Below, piece by piece: positions 39,057 through 49,824 of a stretch of 64,000 nucleotides of DNA. The stretch spans positions 896,001 through 960,000 of the forward strand of contig OY775910.1 in the NCBI GenBank assembly GCA_963675245.1. Reading direction: 5' to 3'. This DNA comes from Acholeplasmataceae bacterium (GTDB lineage: Bacteria; Bacillota_I; Bacilli_A; Acholeplasmatales; Acholeplasmataceae). Under the pieces are notes generated by a model. It was not told where the DNA came from, searched no databases, and worked only from the letters and a program-made list of their open reading frames with translations. How positions within the stretch are numbered: the stretch's first letter is position 1; each line of letters starts with the position of its first letter. The position numbers and the translations under genes are program-made.

Positions 39057-39599
39057 ATGAAACCTGTTATAATTTCTTTTTCAGAGACGATGAATAACGA
39101 AAGAGTGGCGAGTCAAGTCGCGAAAGATCTTAACATTGATTGGATTAAGTTAAAAGAAACTAAAAAGAGAAGTTTATTCACAAACATTATTGATGTATTA
39201 TTTGGCAGAAAACCAAAAATCGCACTTGATCTATCACTATTAGAGCCATATGATTTTCTTGTGTTTATGGGTCCTGTTTGGATTGGTCATCCAGCAAGTC
39301 CCTTTAGAAGAATATTTCAATATTTAAAGACCAATCCTAAAAAATATGGTTTGATTACGGTTTGTGGTGGTAATTGTGATCTAGTTAGTAATCCAAAATT
39401 AAGTGAATGTTTAATGAAGAGAACTGGACACGAACCACTATTTGTTAAAGAATTAAAACTATTTGATTTAATGCCACCAATGGATCAAAAAGAATTGAAC
39501 GAAAAACTATTTAAATATGAAATGTTGCAAGAAGAGATAGACGAATATGTTAATCAAGCAAAAACATTTTTAAAAGACTACCTTGAGGAGCACATATAA
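39057..39599 (+). CDS. Flavodoxin-like protein
   Basis: SFSETMNN (S.TGNT-like loop), YDFLVFMGPVWIG; RBS AGGAGG. Confidence 0.7.
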   Translation: MKPVIISFSETMNNERVASQVAKDLNIDWIKLKETKKRSLFTNIIDVLFGRKPKIALDLSLLEPYDFLVFMGPVWIGHPASPFRRIFQYLKTNPKKYGLITVCGGNCDLVSNPKLSECLMKRTGHEPLFVKELKLFDLMPPMDQKELNEKLFKYEMLQEEIDEYVNQAKTFLKDYLEEHI

Positions 39600-39646
39600 G
39601 TGTTCTTTTGTTATAATGGATGTATGTTAAAGAAAGGTGGTGTATT

Positions 39647-40816
39647 ATGAAACAAGTACATAGTCAACATGTTGATGATGAATCATATTTTGACAGTTAT
39701 GAAGAAACATCTTTCTTAAAAACTTCTTATGAAGAGCAAATTAAACTTAAGTCACAATATATTAATACTCAATTTCAAAGTCTAGATATTAAGTCAGATA
39801 TTAAACCAATCATTTTAGCTGATCATCCACAACATTACAGACATAAAGTAACTTCCTCAGCAACCAATACAAAAGCAAATGGAAAATGGCAATTGAAATT
39901 AGGTTTCTATATTGAAAACACGCATAAAATTAAACCTGTTTTTGAAAGTATTTTACAACATAAAGCAATCGAAAACACATTAAAAAATATTGAAACAATT
40001 CTTCAAAAAAATAAATTTACTGCATACGTGAAAGGGCACAGCAGAGGGATTATCAAGCATGTGCTTATCAAGCGGTCATATGATAGTGGTGACTTACTGG
40101 TTGTCTTTGTTACACAAGGTAGAATCTTTCCTAATTCAAAACAAATAATTGGGATGATTCGAGAAAAAAATCCGTCAATAAAAACAGTCGTTCAAATTAT
40201 TCAAAACACAGATACTCACATCGTTTTATATGGTGAAGATAAAGTGCTTTATGGACCGGGATATATTATTGATAAAATAGATGATTTATCATTTAAGTTA
40301 TCTGCAAAATCATTTTATCAAGTGAATCCAGAACAAATGATGAAACTATATCATAACGCATTTGATTTAGCAAATATTAACAAGAGTGAATTAGTTGTTG
40401 ATTGTTATTCCGGTATTGGAACGTTATCTTTGTTAGCCGCTAAAAAAGCTAAGTCAGTCGTCGCAGTTGAGATGAATGCCACTGCAGTAAAAGATGCGAT
40501 AGAAAATGCGAGTCGAAACCACATTAATAATGTTAAATTCATTAAAGATGATGCAGCACATTTTCTAGAAACATATCAAGAGCGGGTGGATGTGTTATTG
40601 ATTGATCCACCACGTATTGGTGTAAGTATGAATTTCATTGAAGCTATCAAGACATTGAAACCTAAAAGAATTGTTTATATTTCTTGTTTCGTTGAAACAC
40701 AAATCAGAGACATCAAACAGTTAAATCATTTATATGATATAGAAGCGGTTCAGCCTGTTGATATGTTTCCATACACTTCACATATCGAAAATATCGTATT
40801 ATTAACTTTAAAATAA
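39647..40816 (+). CDS. rlmD: 23S rRNA (uracil-C5)-methyltransferase, RlmD/RumA family
   Basis: HYRHKV, SFYQVN, DCYSGIG, DPPR, YISC, VDMFPYTSHIE. Start set at ATG 39647. Confidence 0.88.
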   Translation: MKQVHSQHVDDESYFDSYEETSFLKTSYEEQIKLKSQYINTQFQSLDIKSDIKPIILADHPQHYRHKVTSSATNTKANGKWQLKLGFYIENTHKIKPVFESILQHKAIENTLKNIETILQKNKFTAYVKGHSRGIIKHVLIKRSYDSGDLLVVFVTQGRIFPNSKQIIGMIREKNPSIKTVVQIIQNTDTHIVLYGEDKVLYGPGYIIDKIDDLSFKLSAKSFYQVNPEQMMKLYHNAFDLANINKSELVVDCYSGIGTLSLLAAKKAKSVVAVEMNATAVKDAIENASRNHINNVKFIKDDAAHFLETYQERVDVLLIDPPRIGVSMNFIEAIKTLKPKRIVYISCFVETQIRDIKQLNHLYDIEAVQPVDMFPYTSHIENIVLLTLK

Positions 40817-41055
40817 TTAGAATGATTTTCACGAGGAAACCATTCTAATGTATTATTAATTCTGTTATATGAGTGATAAATCATTAACACGAATTTTTTT
40901 GTAAATAATTAAAATAATAATAAATATGACACAAATTTGTCAAGATTACGCGATACAATAAGTTTATAAAATTAATATATTCGGATTGACATCGAATAGG
41001 AATTCAAAAATCTTCTTAAATTTTAAAATGATCTTTGAAAGGGGATATGAAGGTT

Positions 41056-41871
41056 ATGATTAAAAAAACGTATTTATTATTATTGATACTCTTTAGTGCA
41101 TTAGGACTATTTGGATGCAGTGATAGTTCCTATGAACCAAATGGTGATGAGTATGAGAATGGATCAGAAAATAGTGTATTAGTTGCAAATGAAACAGCAC
41201 CGGAACGCTTGATGATCTACACAGTCGATATTTCTTTTGATGTAGATGATCTGAATGAGGCTTCAACGATGTTAAAAAGCATGATTGAAGATGATGAATG
41301 GTTTGATGAAGAAACACAGACATCACACATTCACTATTATAGTGTACGTGTCAAAACTGAACGACTAGATACATTTATTGGCGCATTACAGAGTCTGTTT
41401 ATGCAAAGTTCATATGAAAAGAAAGGTGAAGATATATCACTTGAATATCAAGACACAACAAACAGAATCGCTGCTTTAGAAGCACAAATGGCACGTTTAT
41501 TGGTTCTCTATGAAAATGCATCATTGTCAGATATGATTATTATTAATGAGCAAATTTCTGAGATTGAAGTAGAATTACAATCACTTCAAAGCACAATCAG
41601 TGAGTTTGATAGTCTTGTCATGTACAGTACGGTGCATGTTACTTTTCACGGTAGCACTGTCATTACTAGATCTCCTTTTATCAACAGGGTAGGCAATGGT
41701 TTCATAACGGGCTTAAATTCTCTATTGAATTTTTTAGATGGATTTGTGATTGTCATTGTAACAATTTTACCTTTTGTCGTGATCTTTGGTGGATTAGGAC
41801 TTGGCGGTTATTTTATTTATCATAAGCAAAGAAAAAAGAAGATTGCGAACAAGCATGAGAAAAAGGAATAA
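41056..41871 (+). CDS. DUF4349-like lipoprotein with a C-terminal TM
   Basis: Lipobox LFGC; EDISLEYQD...RL..L coiled coil; YSTV; C-terminal TM with basic tail. Start uncertain (41047 or 41056). Confidence 0.72.
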   Translation: MIKKTYLLLLILFSALGLFGCSDSSYEPNGDEYENGSENSVLVANETAPERLMIYTVDISFDVDDLNEASTMLKSMIEDDEWFDEETQTSHIHYYSVRVKTERLDTFIGALQSLFMQSSYEKKGEDISLEYQDTTNRIAALEAQMARLLVLYENASLSDMIIINEQISEIEVELQSLQSTISEFDSLVMYSTVHVTFHGSTVITRSPFINRVGNGFITGLNSLLNFLDGFVIVIVTILPFVVIFGGLGLGGYFIYHKQRKKKIANKHEKKE

Positions 41872-41889
41872 TTTAATAACCTATTAGAT

Positions 41890-41924
41890 ACAGTTTAGAG
41901 TTTACTCGAAACTGTTTTCTTTTT
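41890..41924 (+). terminator. Putative intrinsic terminator
   Basis: ACAGTTTAGAG-TTTA-CTCGAAACTGT-TTTCTTTT. Confidence 0.6.
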
Positions 41925-42004
41925 ACTTATAAAAAAATTGAGAAATGTGATTAAAACAGTATAATATAAATAATAGGAATAACGTGTATAAAAGGAGAGT
42001 AAAC

Positions 42005-42334
42005 ATGAAATTAAAGGTAAAAGGTACTGCCAGCAATATAAGGAATATTATTACTGATTATTTTAGCGACTATAACATTATAAACAATTCACAAGTAACA
42101 AACGATACCTACTTTTTAGTGGTTGAAAAATACTTTATTAGAAACAGTAGTAGGGCATCACTTTCAATCGTAATCAGTGAATCTGAATTTGGGGATACGA
42201 TGGTTGAAGCGATTGGCTCTGGTGGTGGACAAGGTTGGCTGTTTAAGTTTGATTGGGGTGCAGCAGGATCTTTTGAAAATAAAATTAAAACAATTTTAGA
42301 TCAACATCATATATCTTATCAAACGATAGTTTAA
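42005..42334 (+). CDS. Small conserved hypothetical protein (DUF6054-like)
   Basis: EKYFIRNSSRASLS...AIGSGGGQG.LF.FDWGA; RBS AAGGAG before ATG 42005. Confidence 0.7.
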   Translation: MKLKVKGTASNIRNIITDYFSDYNIINNSQVTNDTYFLVVEKYFIRNSSRASLSIVISESEFGDTMVEAIGSGGGQGWLFKFDWGAAGSFENKIKTILDQHHISYQTIV

Positions 42335-42350
42335 TGGATAGGTGGTTTAA

Positions 42351-42476
42351 GTGGATATAAAAACCAGAGCAACTAAATTTATTAATGAATATGCAAGACC
42401 TATTGAAAAAGAACAGTTTAATTATTTATTTAATGGTGCTAAGAAGGATGACTATATAGATGAAAGTAGCTGCTAA
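42351..42476 (+). pseudogene. 5' remnant of a conserved Firmicute hypothetical gene (ARP-motif family)
   Basis: RBS AGGTGG then GTG; MDIKTRATKFINEYARPIEKEQFNYLFNGAKKDDYIDE, then SSC* where recalled homologues continue with YQN.DGGFG. Confidence 0.55.
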
Positions 42477-42495
42477 GGATGTTTATTTGAAGTCA

Positions 42496-42536
42496 AAACG
42501 GATCATCGCAGTTATGTGATGGTCTGTTTAATTTTT
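42496..42536 (+). terminator. Terminator at the left edge of the RHS island
   Basis: AAACGGATCATCGCA-GTTA-TGTGATGGTCTGTTT (15-bp stem including G-U pairs) followed by AATTTTT. Confidence 0.7.
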
Positions 42537-42810
42537 GTAATGAGTATTAAATCATAGATATATATCAATCAAATATATACATTAACAATGATGTTTCATT
42601 TGTTGCCCAAGTGGGGTTTCTTAACATTAATCAATAGTATGACATATGCGCCGTTAAAATAAAATGATAATACTGATAAAATATAAATAATAAAATATTA
42701 AACTACAACATGCGGGGGAAAAAGCATCATTGTAAACATACATCTTGAGAGAAGTTTGTCCGTAAAAAGGGGACTTTTTTTGTTGTAATTAAATCAAAGG
42801 GGTGTAGTAA

Positions 42811-45800
42811 ATGAATCGCAAACTTTTTAAAGATGGTGTTAGTAAAGATGTTATGCTTGTATTATATGGCATGAACAAGAGATGTCGAAAAGTGGTATTA
42901 GCTATTATGTCATTTTTAATGATTGTTGGTAGCGTACTTCCAAGCAATTATCAGGTAATTTATGGAAAAGAAGATCAAGAACCAATATATTCAGATGTAA
43001 ATATTAACGAAAACAATCAACAATATGATACAACAACAGATTCGAGTTTTGATATAAGAAATATTGAAATCAAAGAAGAAGTAATAAGTCTAAGAACCAT
43101 CAATTCCAAAACGTTTAGAAGAGTAGATGGCACATATGAACTTGCAATATATGGCACACCTGTACACTATAAAGAAAACGGAAAATACAAAGAGATAGAT
43201 AATTCTTTGTTGATAGATGAAGAAAAAAGCGAATATAAAAATAAAGCGAATGCGTTTGATATTAAATTTCCAAAAACACTAGATAATAATAAGTCAATTA
43301 AATTATCTAAAGATGAATATAGTATTGAATGGTCAATAAATAATCTAAGTAATGAAACAAATATTACACATAATGACATTGAAAAAACAAAAAGTATTAT
43401 TAAAGAACTGATTAACAATAATGACAGAGTGATTTATTATGACATTTTCAATCATGTAGACTTGGAATATATTGTGAGTGGTAATCAGGTGAAAGAGAAT
43501 ATTATCATTAATGAATTTAGCAATGATTATTCAATTGAATTTACATACAAAACTAATAATGTAGAACTTAAACAAAATAATATTGGAGAGTATGAATTTA
43601 TTAACTCAGCGGGAAATACTGTTTTTTCATTAAGTGAATTTTATATGATTGATGCAAATGGAAAAACATCATTTGATATTGATGTTCAAGTCGTTAATAT
43701 TAAAAATAACCAATATCAAATAATACTTTCCCCAAATATAGAATGGTTAGGTAATGCAACTTATCCTGTGATCTTAGACCCTACAATAAGTGTTGATTCA
43801 GAAACAATGATTCAAGATACATGGTTAGAACATACAACTATTTTAGGTATACCTTTCAATTATAATCACTACGATAACTATGTGTTGGCTTGTAATGATG
43901 GTAGTAACGTAATTGGATATATCAATTTTGAAGTACCTGAATTCTTAAAAGATTTTGATGTAAATTATGCAACCCTAAAACTAACAACAATGATGGATGT
44001 TGAAGGGATGCTATACTTAAGAGAATTGCCATATTACTATGAAGATATGAGTGAATTACATTGGAATACAAAACCAACAGCAAGTACAACCATAGCTAGT
44101 AATGAGTACGTTAATGATTTTAGAGAGGGATCAGAAAACACATATAGCATCGACATCACAAAATCTGTAAAAAAATGGAATGAAGCTAATATTGATGAAA
44201 TGCCAGGGTTTGAGTTGAAAACAGATGCAGATGCATTATATGGAGATTTAGTATTTTACTCGATGGATGCAATTGTTGGAACTGATTGTGAATCAGGAGA
44301 AAAACCAGTAATTGAGATTGGATATATGGATACCGAGGGAATTAAAGATTATTGGACATATAATTCACAAGATGTAAGTTATGCTGGAACAAGTTATATT
44401 GCTGATTATACACAAGATTTATATATGATTCGAAATGATTTTGACTTTTCAACCGATCGTCAATCGCTAGGGTTAAACTTTGCATTTAGTAATTATGAAG
44501 TAAACAATAACGATGTAGGATATGGTAAAGGTTGGAATATTAATTACAATTTAAAATTAAATTATTCACAATCTGAGGGATATTACACTGAGGACTATTC
44601 GGGAAATAAAGTACATTATCATTTAACCACTACTGATTCAAGAGTGTTTAAAGATGAAAACAATCAAACATATTACCGTAACCGTAACTATATAGCCGAT
44701 GATGGTTCTGGAACGGTGTTAATTGAAATGTATACCGATCATAATAAAACTATACTCATTACAAAAGATGGCACCATTTATGATTTCGGCAATTATTATA
44801 GACAAGAACTACTTTATTTAAAGAAAATTTCACATTACAATAATGATTTATCAATAACAATTGACCGAAATTCAGATACCTCTCCGATTCTAAATTTTGT
44901 GGAAGATTCAAGTGGTAATCGCTTGGTATTTAGTTATGATAATAATATATTGAAAAGTGTTACACTTAAAAGCAAGGATATCAATAATGTATACCGATCA
45001 ATTGAAAAGGTTTTTTATGAATATTACAACGGATATTTAAAGAATGTCTATTATGTATCAGACTATGATAAAAACGAGAATTTAGATGCAATTACAGCAT
45101 TACCCCACTTATCACTAGTTAATCAATATGCAAGTTATACATATCAAAGCACATCGCATTATTTAGAGAGTGCAGAAGTTAATTATGTTCAACCAAATTT
45201 GTCAATTTCTTTAGGTGAGAAAGTCGTTTATCATTATTACTCAAACACAAATAAAATTTCCTATTTTGAGTCATTCTTTGATACAAGTAAATATTCACAA
45301 GTAAACTACGACAATAGCATACTTCAAACTAAAATTACAGACCACTCAAGCAATTATGTGGTTTATCGATTTGACGAGTATGGACATACAATATTCATGA
45401 TTGATCAACAGGCAAACATGATATGCTATCAGTATGCCGACATATTTAGATTACCAATATTAGATGAAGCTGAAAGATATGATTATAACATGAATCATCG
45501 TGTTGTTCGTAGTTCAGCTCCCAAATCAGTTCAAAATTATGACATAAGTAGCGATGATTTTGAAAGCGGGTTTAATAGTTCGTGGTATCGAGGATCTAGT
45601 TCAACATCAACAGTTGAACAATCTAGTATGTCATCTAGTGTTGGGAACTATTCCTTACACATTGTTAATGAATACACATATACTAATGGTTATGCAAGAA
45701 AAATGGTGACAGTTGATGAAGGGTACTATACGATATCTGTTGATGCAAAGCATAACGGATCAGAGTCAAGCAACACTGTATACATGCAAGTAGGAACACA

Positions 45801-48800
45801 AAGAGTTTATGTTCCTAATGATGGAGAGTGGCATCATTTGTCAATTGATTTTTTTGCAAGTAACGCAATGACACTGTACACATATCTCAGAAGTTATAGT
45901 GAGGGAGATGTCTATTTTGATCATCTCAAGATTTATCGAAGCAACAATACTTCTTCTGAAGACAGAATGTATAACCCATCTTTTGAAGAGGGGATAACAA
46001 GTAATTGGGTAATTCCGAATGAGTCAACAACCGCGCTTCACAGTAACTATTATGATGTTAATGAAAGCTCATATGAAGATATATTAGGCAATTATTCTGT
46101 GTCGTTAAACGGAATAATGACATTGACGATAGATGCAGATACACTTAAAGATTACAGAGATGATAATATTGATGCTTTTACCATCGGTGCATGGGCGAAA
46201 AATATATCGAATATTCAGTTCAATAATACAAGTTCAAACATTATGTTTGGAATCAATGTATATCAATATGACAGTGAAGGAAAAATCATTTATACTGTGG
46301 ATGATGATCCATACGATCCAAATGAAGACCCACTTTCAAATAATGAAAATTATCGACATCCCCCACTTAATTCGAATGAAGTAGGATTCAGTACACCAAC
46401 GTATATTGGTTTTAACTTGTTAGATGACAATTGGCAGTTTGCTTATCAATCGATTACGCTTTCTGAATTGTGTGAAAGTATTGGAATTACTTTGGTATAT
46501 AATGGCGTAAATTCAGTATTATTTGATGGTATCACACTTCACACAAATACAAACGAAACTATAAATCTCTACGATGATTATAATCGAATCACTGATATTT
46601 TGTATGAAGACGGCACATCGATTAGTTACACATACCCATCTGGGACAGACCAATATACTCAGATTCCTTATATGGTTAACGATAGAGATGGAAATGAAAC
46701 GGAGTATTCACAGGCCCATAATCAAATTACTGGTATTGAATTTAATAATGTTAAACAATCTCCTGTCTATAATGCCAGTGGACAGATGACTGCTTATCAT
46801 TTGGGTACAGGAGGTGATCCTGATGCTTATTTCACAACATCGACTACATATATTCATAGTAGTCAATACCTATCAACATATACTGATGAATTCGGAAGTA
46901 CAACGACATATTATACGGATACAGTGACCGGATTGCTAGCATCTATCAATAATGCAGATAATTCAGTATTTCAATATGATTATTATGATGATGGTTTGCT
47001 TAAAAAAGTGTATTCAAATTATTTGAATGATGGTGTAAGTGAAACTAGTGAAGTGACATATATTTATAACGAATACAATCAATTGAAAGAAATTGTTTTA
47101 GATTCAGGATATAGTTATAAAATTGATTATGATGGTCTTGGTAGAATGGAGACGGTAAAAGTTAATAACGACACACTCATGTCATACACATACATTGTAG
47201 ATGTATATGGTACGAACGTCATTGAATCACAAACCTACGCAACTGGTGATACGATTTATTTTAATTATGATGATGAAAATGAGTTGATTATGAACATTGA
47301 TTTTCAGGCAAGTGGACAGACGAGAGAAACAAGATTTGTCTATCAATATGATGAATATGGCCGTGTAGAAACATACCAAGATTTGATTATTGGAACCACA
47401 GAATATTATCACTATGATCAGTATGGAAACTTAGATATTGTGACTTATGATAATGGAGATATGTTCATTTATAATTATGACGAGGAAGGTTATTTAATTG
47501 ATATAACATGTGATCTCAACAACGAAATTCATTCAACTACTTACGACTATGAAAATGATGACTACAATTGGTTATATAATCAAACAACAGTTTCAGGTAC
47601 TAATGATATCAATTTGATTTATGGCTATGAAGACAGTTCAAGCATCGTAGATCCCGTTTATAGATTACTAAATATTATGTATAAAATTGGAACCACAGAA
47701 ATCATTAAACAAAGTTTTGATTATGAAGATTACACATCTAGAATTGAAATGATAACCTATGAACTTGGCGATAATAGCAACTTCAGGTACGTTTATGATT
47801 TTGATGATTTGGGCAATATTAAGCAAGAACAATATTATGAAGGAACAAATGGTAGTTATAGTTTAAAATACCAAAAAGACTATAGATATGATGGTATAAA
47901 TCAACTAATACAAGAAGATTTAAGGAATTACAGTCTGGCTGAAAATGCATTTGATGAATCAAACTGCTCTACTTATTACAAATATGATAATAAAGGTAAT
48001 ATCACAAATATTGAAAAATATTTATATGGTAAGAGTGAAGATGATGAGCAGATTATGTATATTCCAGCAAGCAATCCATATTCACCTTATATAGAGAATT
48101 ATGGATATTATGAGCTAGATGTTATGTACAATGACGGATATTTTTATAATGACATTTATGAACTTAATTTATATGAGACACCTTCATTTTCCTTTCTATT
48201 TTATGATCTAGATAATCAACAATTGATTTATGAAAATCAAATATATATAGATTATGATCTGAACGATATAGATGCAAGTGAGGAAGGTTACTATCTTATG
48301 GATGTGTATGCCGGATACTATGGCAATTACGATCTTTATTTTAGTGTAATTGTTAAAGTAGGCAATCCGGTTGTAGGAACATTACAACCGATTGAACCAG
48401 AAGTAAGTACAACTTTCAATTATGATGATGAATGGTTAGATCAGTTAGAGAGTTTCACTGTTGATGGTACAACAAGTATTTTGTCGTATGATAATCAGGG
48501 TAACCCAACAAATATCACAAACTTCTACTTTGAGGGAACTAAATATCATCACGCAACATTATCATGGGAAGGACGACAATTAGTCGGTATTGACATCTTT
48601 AATACATCAGTAAATAAGATAGTGAACATTTCATACACATATAATGATCAAGGTATAAGAACAAGTAAATATATCGATAAAAATGGTAATGGAAGTATCG
48701 ACTCAGGAGATATGAAATATGATTATGTGTTATCAGGAGATGTTTTAATTTCAGAAATTCAATATATATATTTTGATTCATGGGTAGAAAACTATCAAAT

Positions 48801-49821
48801 TATATATACATATGATTACGATGGATCACTAATTGGATTTACTTATTACAATAGTGTAACTACTGCAGACTATTTATATGCTTTTAACATTCAAGGTGAT
48901 ATCACGAAGATAATTAACACTAGTGGTGTAGTCGTGGTAGAATATACATATGATGCCTATGGCAATATTCTAAGCACTGTGGGGTTGTTAGAATCTACCA
49001 TAGGTGAATACAATTCAATGCGTTATCGTGGTTATAAATACGATGAAGAGATTAATATGTATTATCTTAACAGCAGATACTATAATCCAGAAATTGGTAG
49101 GTTTATAAATGCAGATGGCATGCTTGGTGAGATTGGTCAATTAGGAACAACCAATATGTATGCATACTGTGCAAACAATCCAGTGATGTATTTGGACATA
49201 AGCGGATATATGCCTGAATGGCTTCTATGGGTAGGTGTTTCTGTGCTTGCAGTAGCGGTTGTTGCCGTATCTGTAATAACTGCAGGAGCCGTGATTGCTG
49301 CAGCACCAGCACTGGCATCATTCATGTATACTGCAGCAGTTGCATATACCGGAAGTTTAGTGAGTGGATCAATTGCAGCAACTGCTGTTTCTGTTGGTGC
49401 GGCGGTGATTGCAGGATCAACAATAGCCATTGGGATTAATGAAGGTATCAACATAATAACTGGGAATAATTATTTACGAAATGCCATGGGGAATGAAGTA
49501 TACAATGGGTTTACTCTGACGGTTGGAGCATTAGCCTATTCATATATTGTTGCAGGATCAATATATCCATATCCAACGACAGGTAATACACAACCTAATA
49601 ATTTAAAATCAAGCATAACTATGAATGCTGCAAAAAAATATCCAAATTCAGGAACAAGTTTATATGGTAAAGTTCCAATGAGAGATCCAAAAATGCCAGG
49701 ATGGTTAGGATGGACAAAATATCAAATGAGTTTTGATGGTAATACCGTTCATTATGTAGGTAATAGATATTTTCCTAAATGGTATCCGTTTCAAATGTGG
49801 TATGATTTTAAACTTAAATAG
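42811..49821 (+). CDS. Secreted RHS/YD-repeat polymorphic toxin (WapA-like architecture), 2336 aa
   Basis: N-terminal signal/TM segment, YPVILDPT, YGKGW, CBM-like NPSFE units, many YD repeats, core RYRGYKYD...YYLNSRYYNPEIGRFINAD and NMYAYCANNPVMYLDISG, then a variable C-terminus. Confidence 0.93.
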   Translation: MNRKLFKDGVSKDVMLVLYGMNKRCRKVVLAIMSFLMIVGSVLPSNYQVIYGKEDQEPIYSDVNINENNQQYDTTTDSSFDIRNIEIKEEVISLRTINSKTFRRVDGTYELAIYGTPVHYKENGKYKEIDNSLLIDEEKSEYKNKANAFDIKFPKTLDNNKSIKLSKDEYSIEWSINNLSNETNITHNDIEKTKSIIKELINNNDRVIYYDIFNHVDLEYIVSGNQVKENIIINEFSNDYSIEFTYKTNNVELKQNNIGEYEFINSAGNTVFSLSEFYMIDANGKTSFDIDVQVVNIKNNQYQIILSPNIEWLGNATYPVILDPTISVDSETMIQDTWLEHTTILGIPFNYNHYDNYVLACNDGSNVIGYINFEVPEFLKDFDVNYATLKLTTMMDVEGMLYLRELPYYYEDMSELHWNTKPTASTTIASNEYVNDFREGSENTYSIDITKSVKKWNEANIDEMPGFELKTDADALYGDLVFYSMDAIVGTDCESGEKPVIEIGYMDTEGIKDYWTYNSQDVSYAGTSYIADYTQDLYMIRNDFDFSTDRQSLGLNFAFSNYEVNNNDVGYGKGWNINYNLKLNYSQSEGYYTEDYSGNKVHYHLTTTDSRVFKDENNQTYYRNRNYIADDGSGTVLIEMYTDHNKTILITKDGTIYDFGNYYRQELLYLKKISHYNNDLSITIDRNSDTSPILNFVEDSSGNRLVFSYDNNILKSVTLKSKDINNVYRSIEKVFYEYYNGYLKNVYYVSDYDKNENLDAITALPHLSLVNQYASYTYQSTSHYLESAEVNYVQPNLSISLGEKVVYHYYSNTNKISYFESFFDTSKYSQVNYDNSILQTKITDHSSNYVVYRFDEYGHTIFMIDQQANMICYQYADIFRLPILDEAERYDYNMNHRVVRSSAPKSVQNYDISSDDFESGFNSSWYRGSSSTSTVEQSSMSSSVGNYSLHIVNEYTYTNGYARKMVTVDEGYYTISVDAKHNGSESSNTVYMQVGTQRVYVPNDGEWHHLSIDFFASNAMTLYTYLRSYSEGDVYFDHLKIYRSNNTSSEDRMYNPSFEEGITSNWVIPNESTTALHSNYYDVNESSYEDILGNYSVSLNGIMTLTIDADTLKDYRDDNIDAFTIGAWAKNISNIQFNNTSSNIMFGINVYQYDSEGKIIYTVDDDPYDPNEDPLSNNENYRHPPLNSNEVGFSTPTYIGFNLLDDNWQFAYQSITLSELCESIGITLVYNGVNSVLFDGITLHTNTNETINLYDDYNRITDILYEDGTSISYTYPSGTDQYTQIPYMVNDRDGNETEYSQAHNQITGIEFNNVKQSPVYNASGQMTAYHLGTGGDPDAYFTTSTTYIHSSQYLSTYTDEFGSTTTYYTDTVTGLLASINNADNSVFQYDYYDDGLLKKVYSNYLNDGVSETSEVTYIYNEYNQLKEIVLDSGYSYKIDYDGLGRMETVKVNNDTLMSYTYIVDVYGTNVIESQTYATGDTIYFNYDDENELIMNIDFQASGQTRETRFVYQYDEYGRVETYQDLIIGTTEYYHYDQYGNLDIVTYDNGDMFIYNYDEEGYLIDITCDLNNEIHSTTYDYENDDYNWLYNQTTVSGTNDINLIYGYEDSSSIVDPVYRLLNIMYKIGTTEIIKQSFDYEDYTSRIEMITYELGDNSNFRYVYDFDDLGNIKQEQYYEGTNGSYSLKYQKDYRYDGINQLIQEDLRNYSLAENAFDESNCSTYYKYDNKGNITNIEKYLYGKSEDDEQIMYIPASNPYSPYIENYGYYELDVMYNDGYFYNDIYELNLYETPSFSFLFYDLDNQQLIYENQIYIDYDLNDIDASEEGYYLMDVYAGYYGNYDLYFSVIVKVGNPVVGTLQPIEPEVSTTFNYDDEWLDQLESFTVDGTTSILSYDNQGNPTNITNFYFEGTKYHHATLSWEGRQLVGIDIFNTSVNKIVNISYTYNDQGIRTSKYIDKNGNGSIDSGDMKYDYVLSGDVLISEIQYIYFDSWVENYQIIYTYDYDGSLIGFTYYNSVTTADYLYAFNIQGDITKIINTSGVVVVEYTYDAYGNILSTVGLLESTIGEYNSMRYRGYKYDEEINMYYLNSRYYNPEIGRFINADGMLGEIGQLGTTNMYAYCANNPVMYLDISGYMPEWLLWVGVSVLAVAVVAVSVITAGAVIAAAPALASFMYTAAVAYTGSLVSGSIAATAVSVGAAVIAGSTIAIGINEGINIITGNNYLRNAMGNEVYNGFTLTVGALAYSYIVAGSIYPYPTTGNTQPNNLKSSITMNAAKKYPNSGTSLYGKVPMRDPKMPGWLGWTKYQMSFDGNTVHYVGNRYFPKWYPFQMWYDFKLK

Positions 49822-49824
49822 GAG

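Noticed and set aside
49103..49454. Several alternative-frame and antisense ORFs in the RHS CT region (and similar 60-125 aa shadow ORFs across the window)
   Set aside because: They lie inside well-supported genes and reflect codon bias of the real frame.
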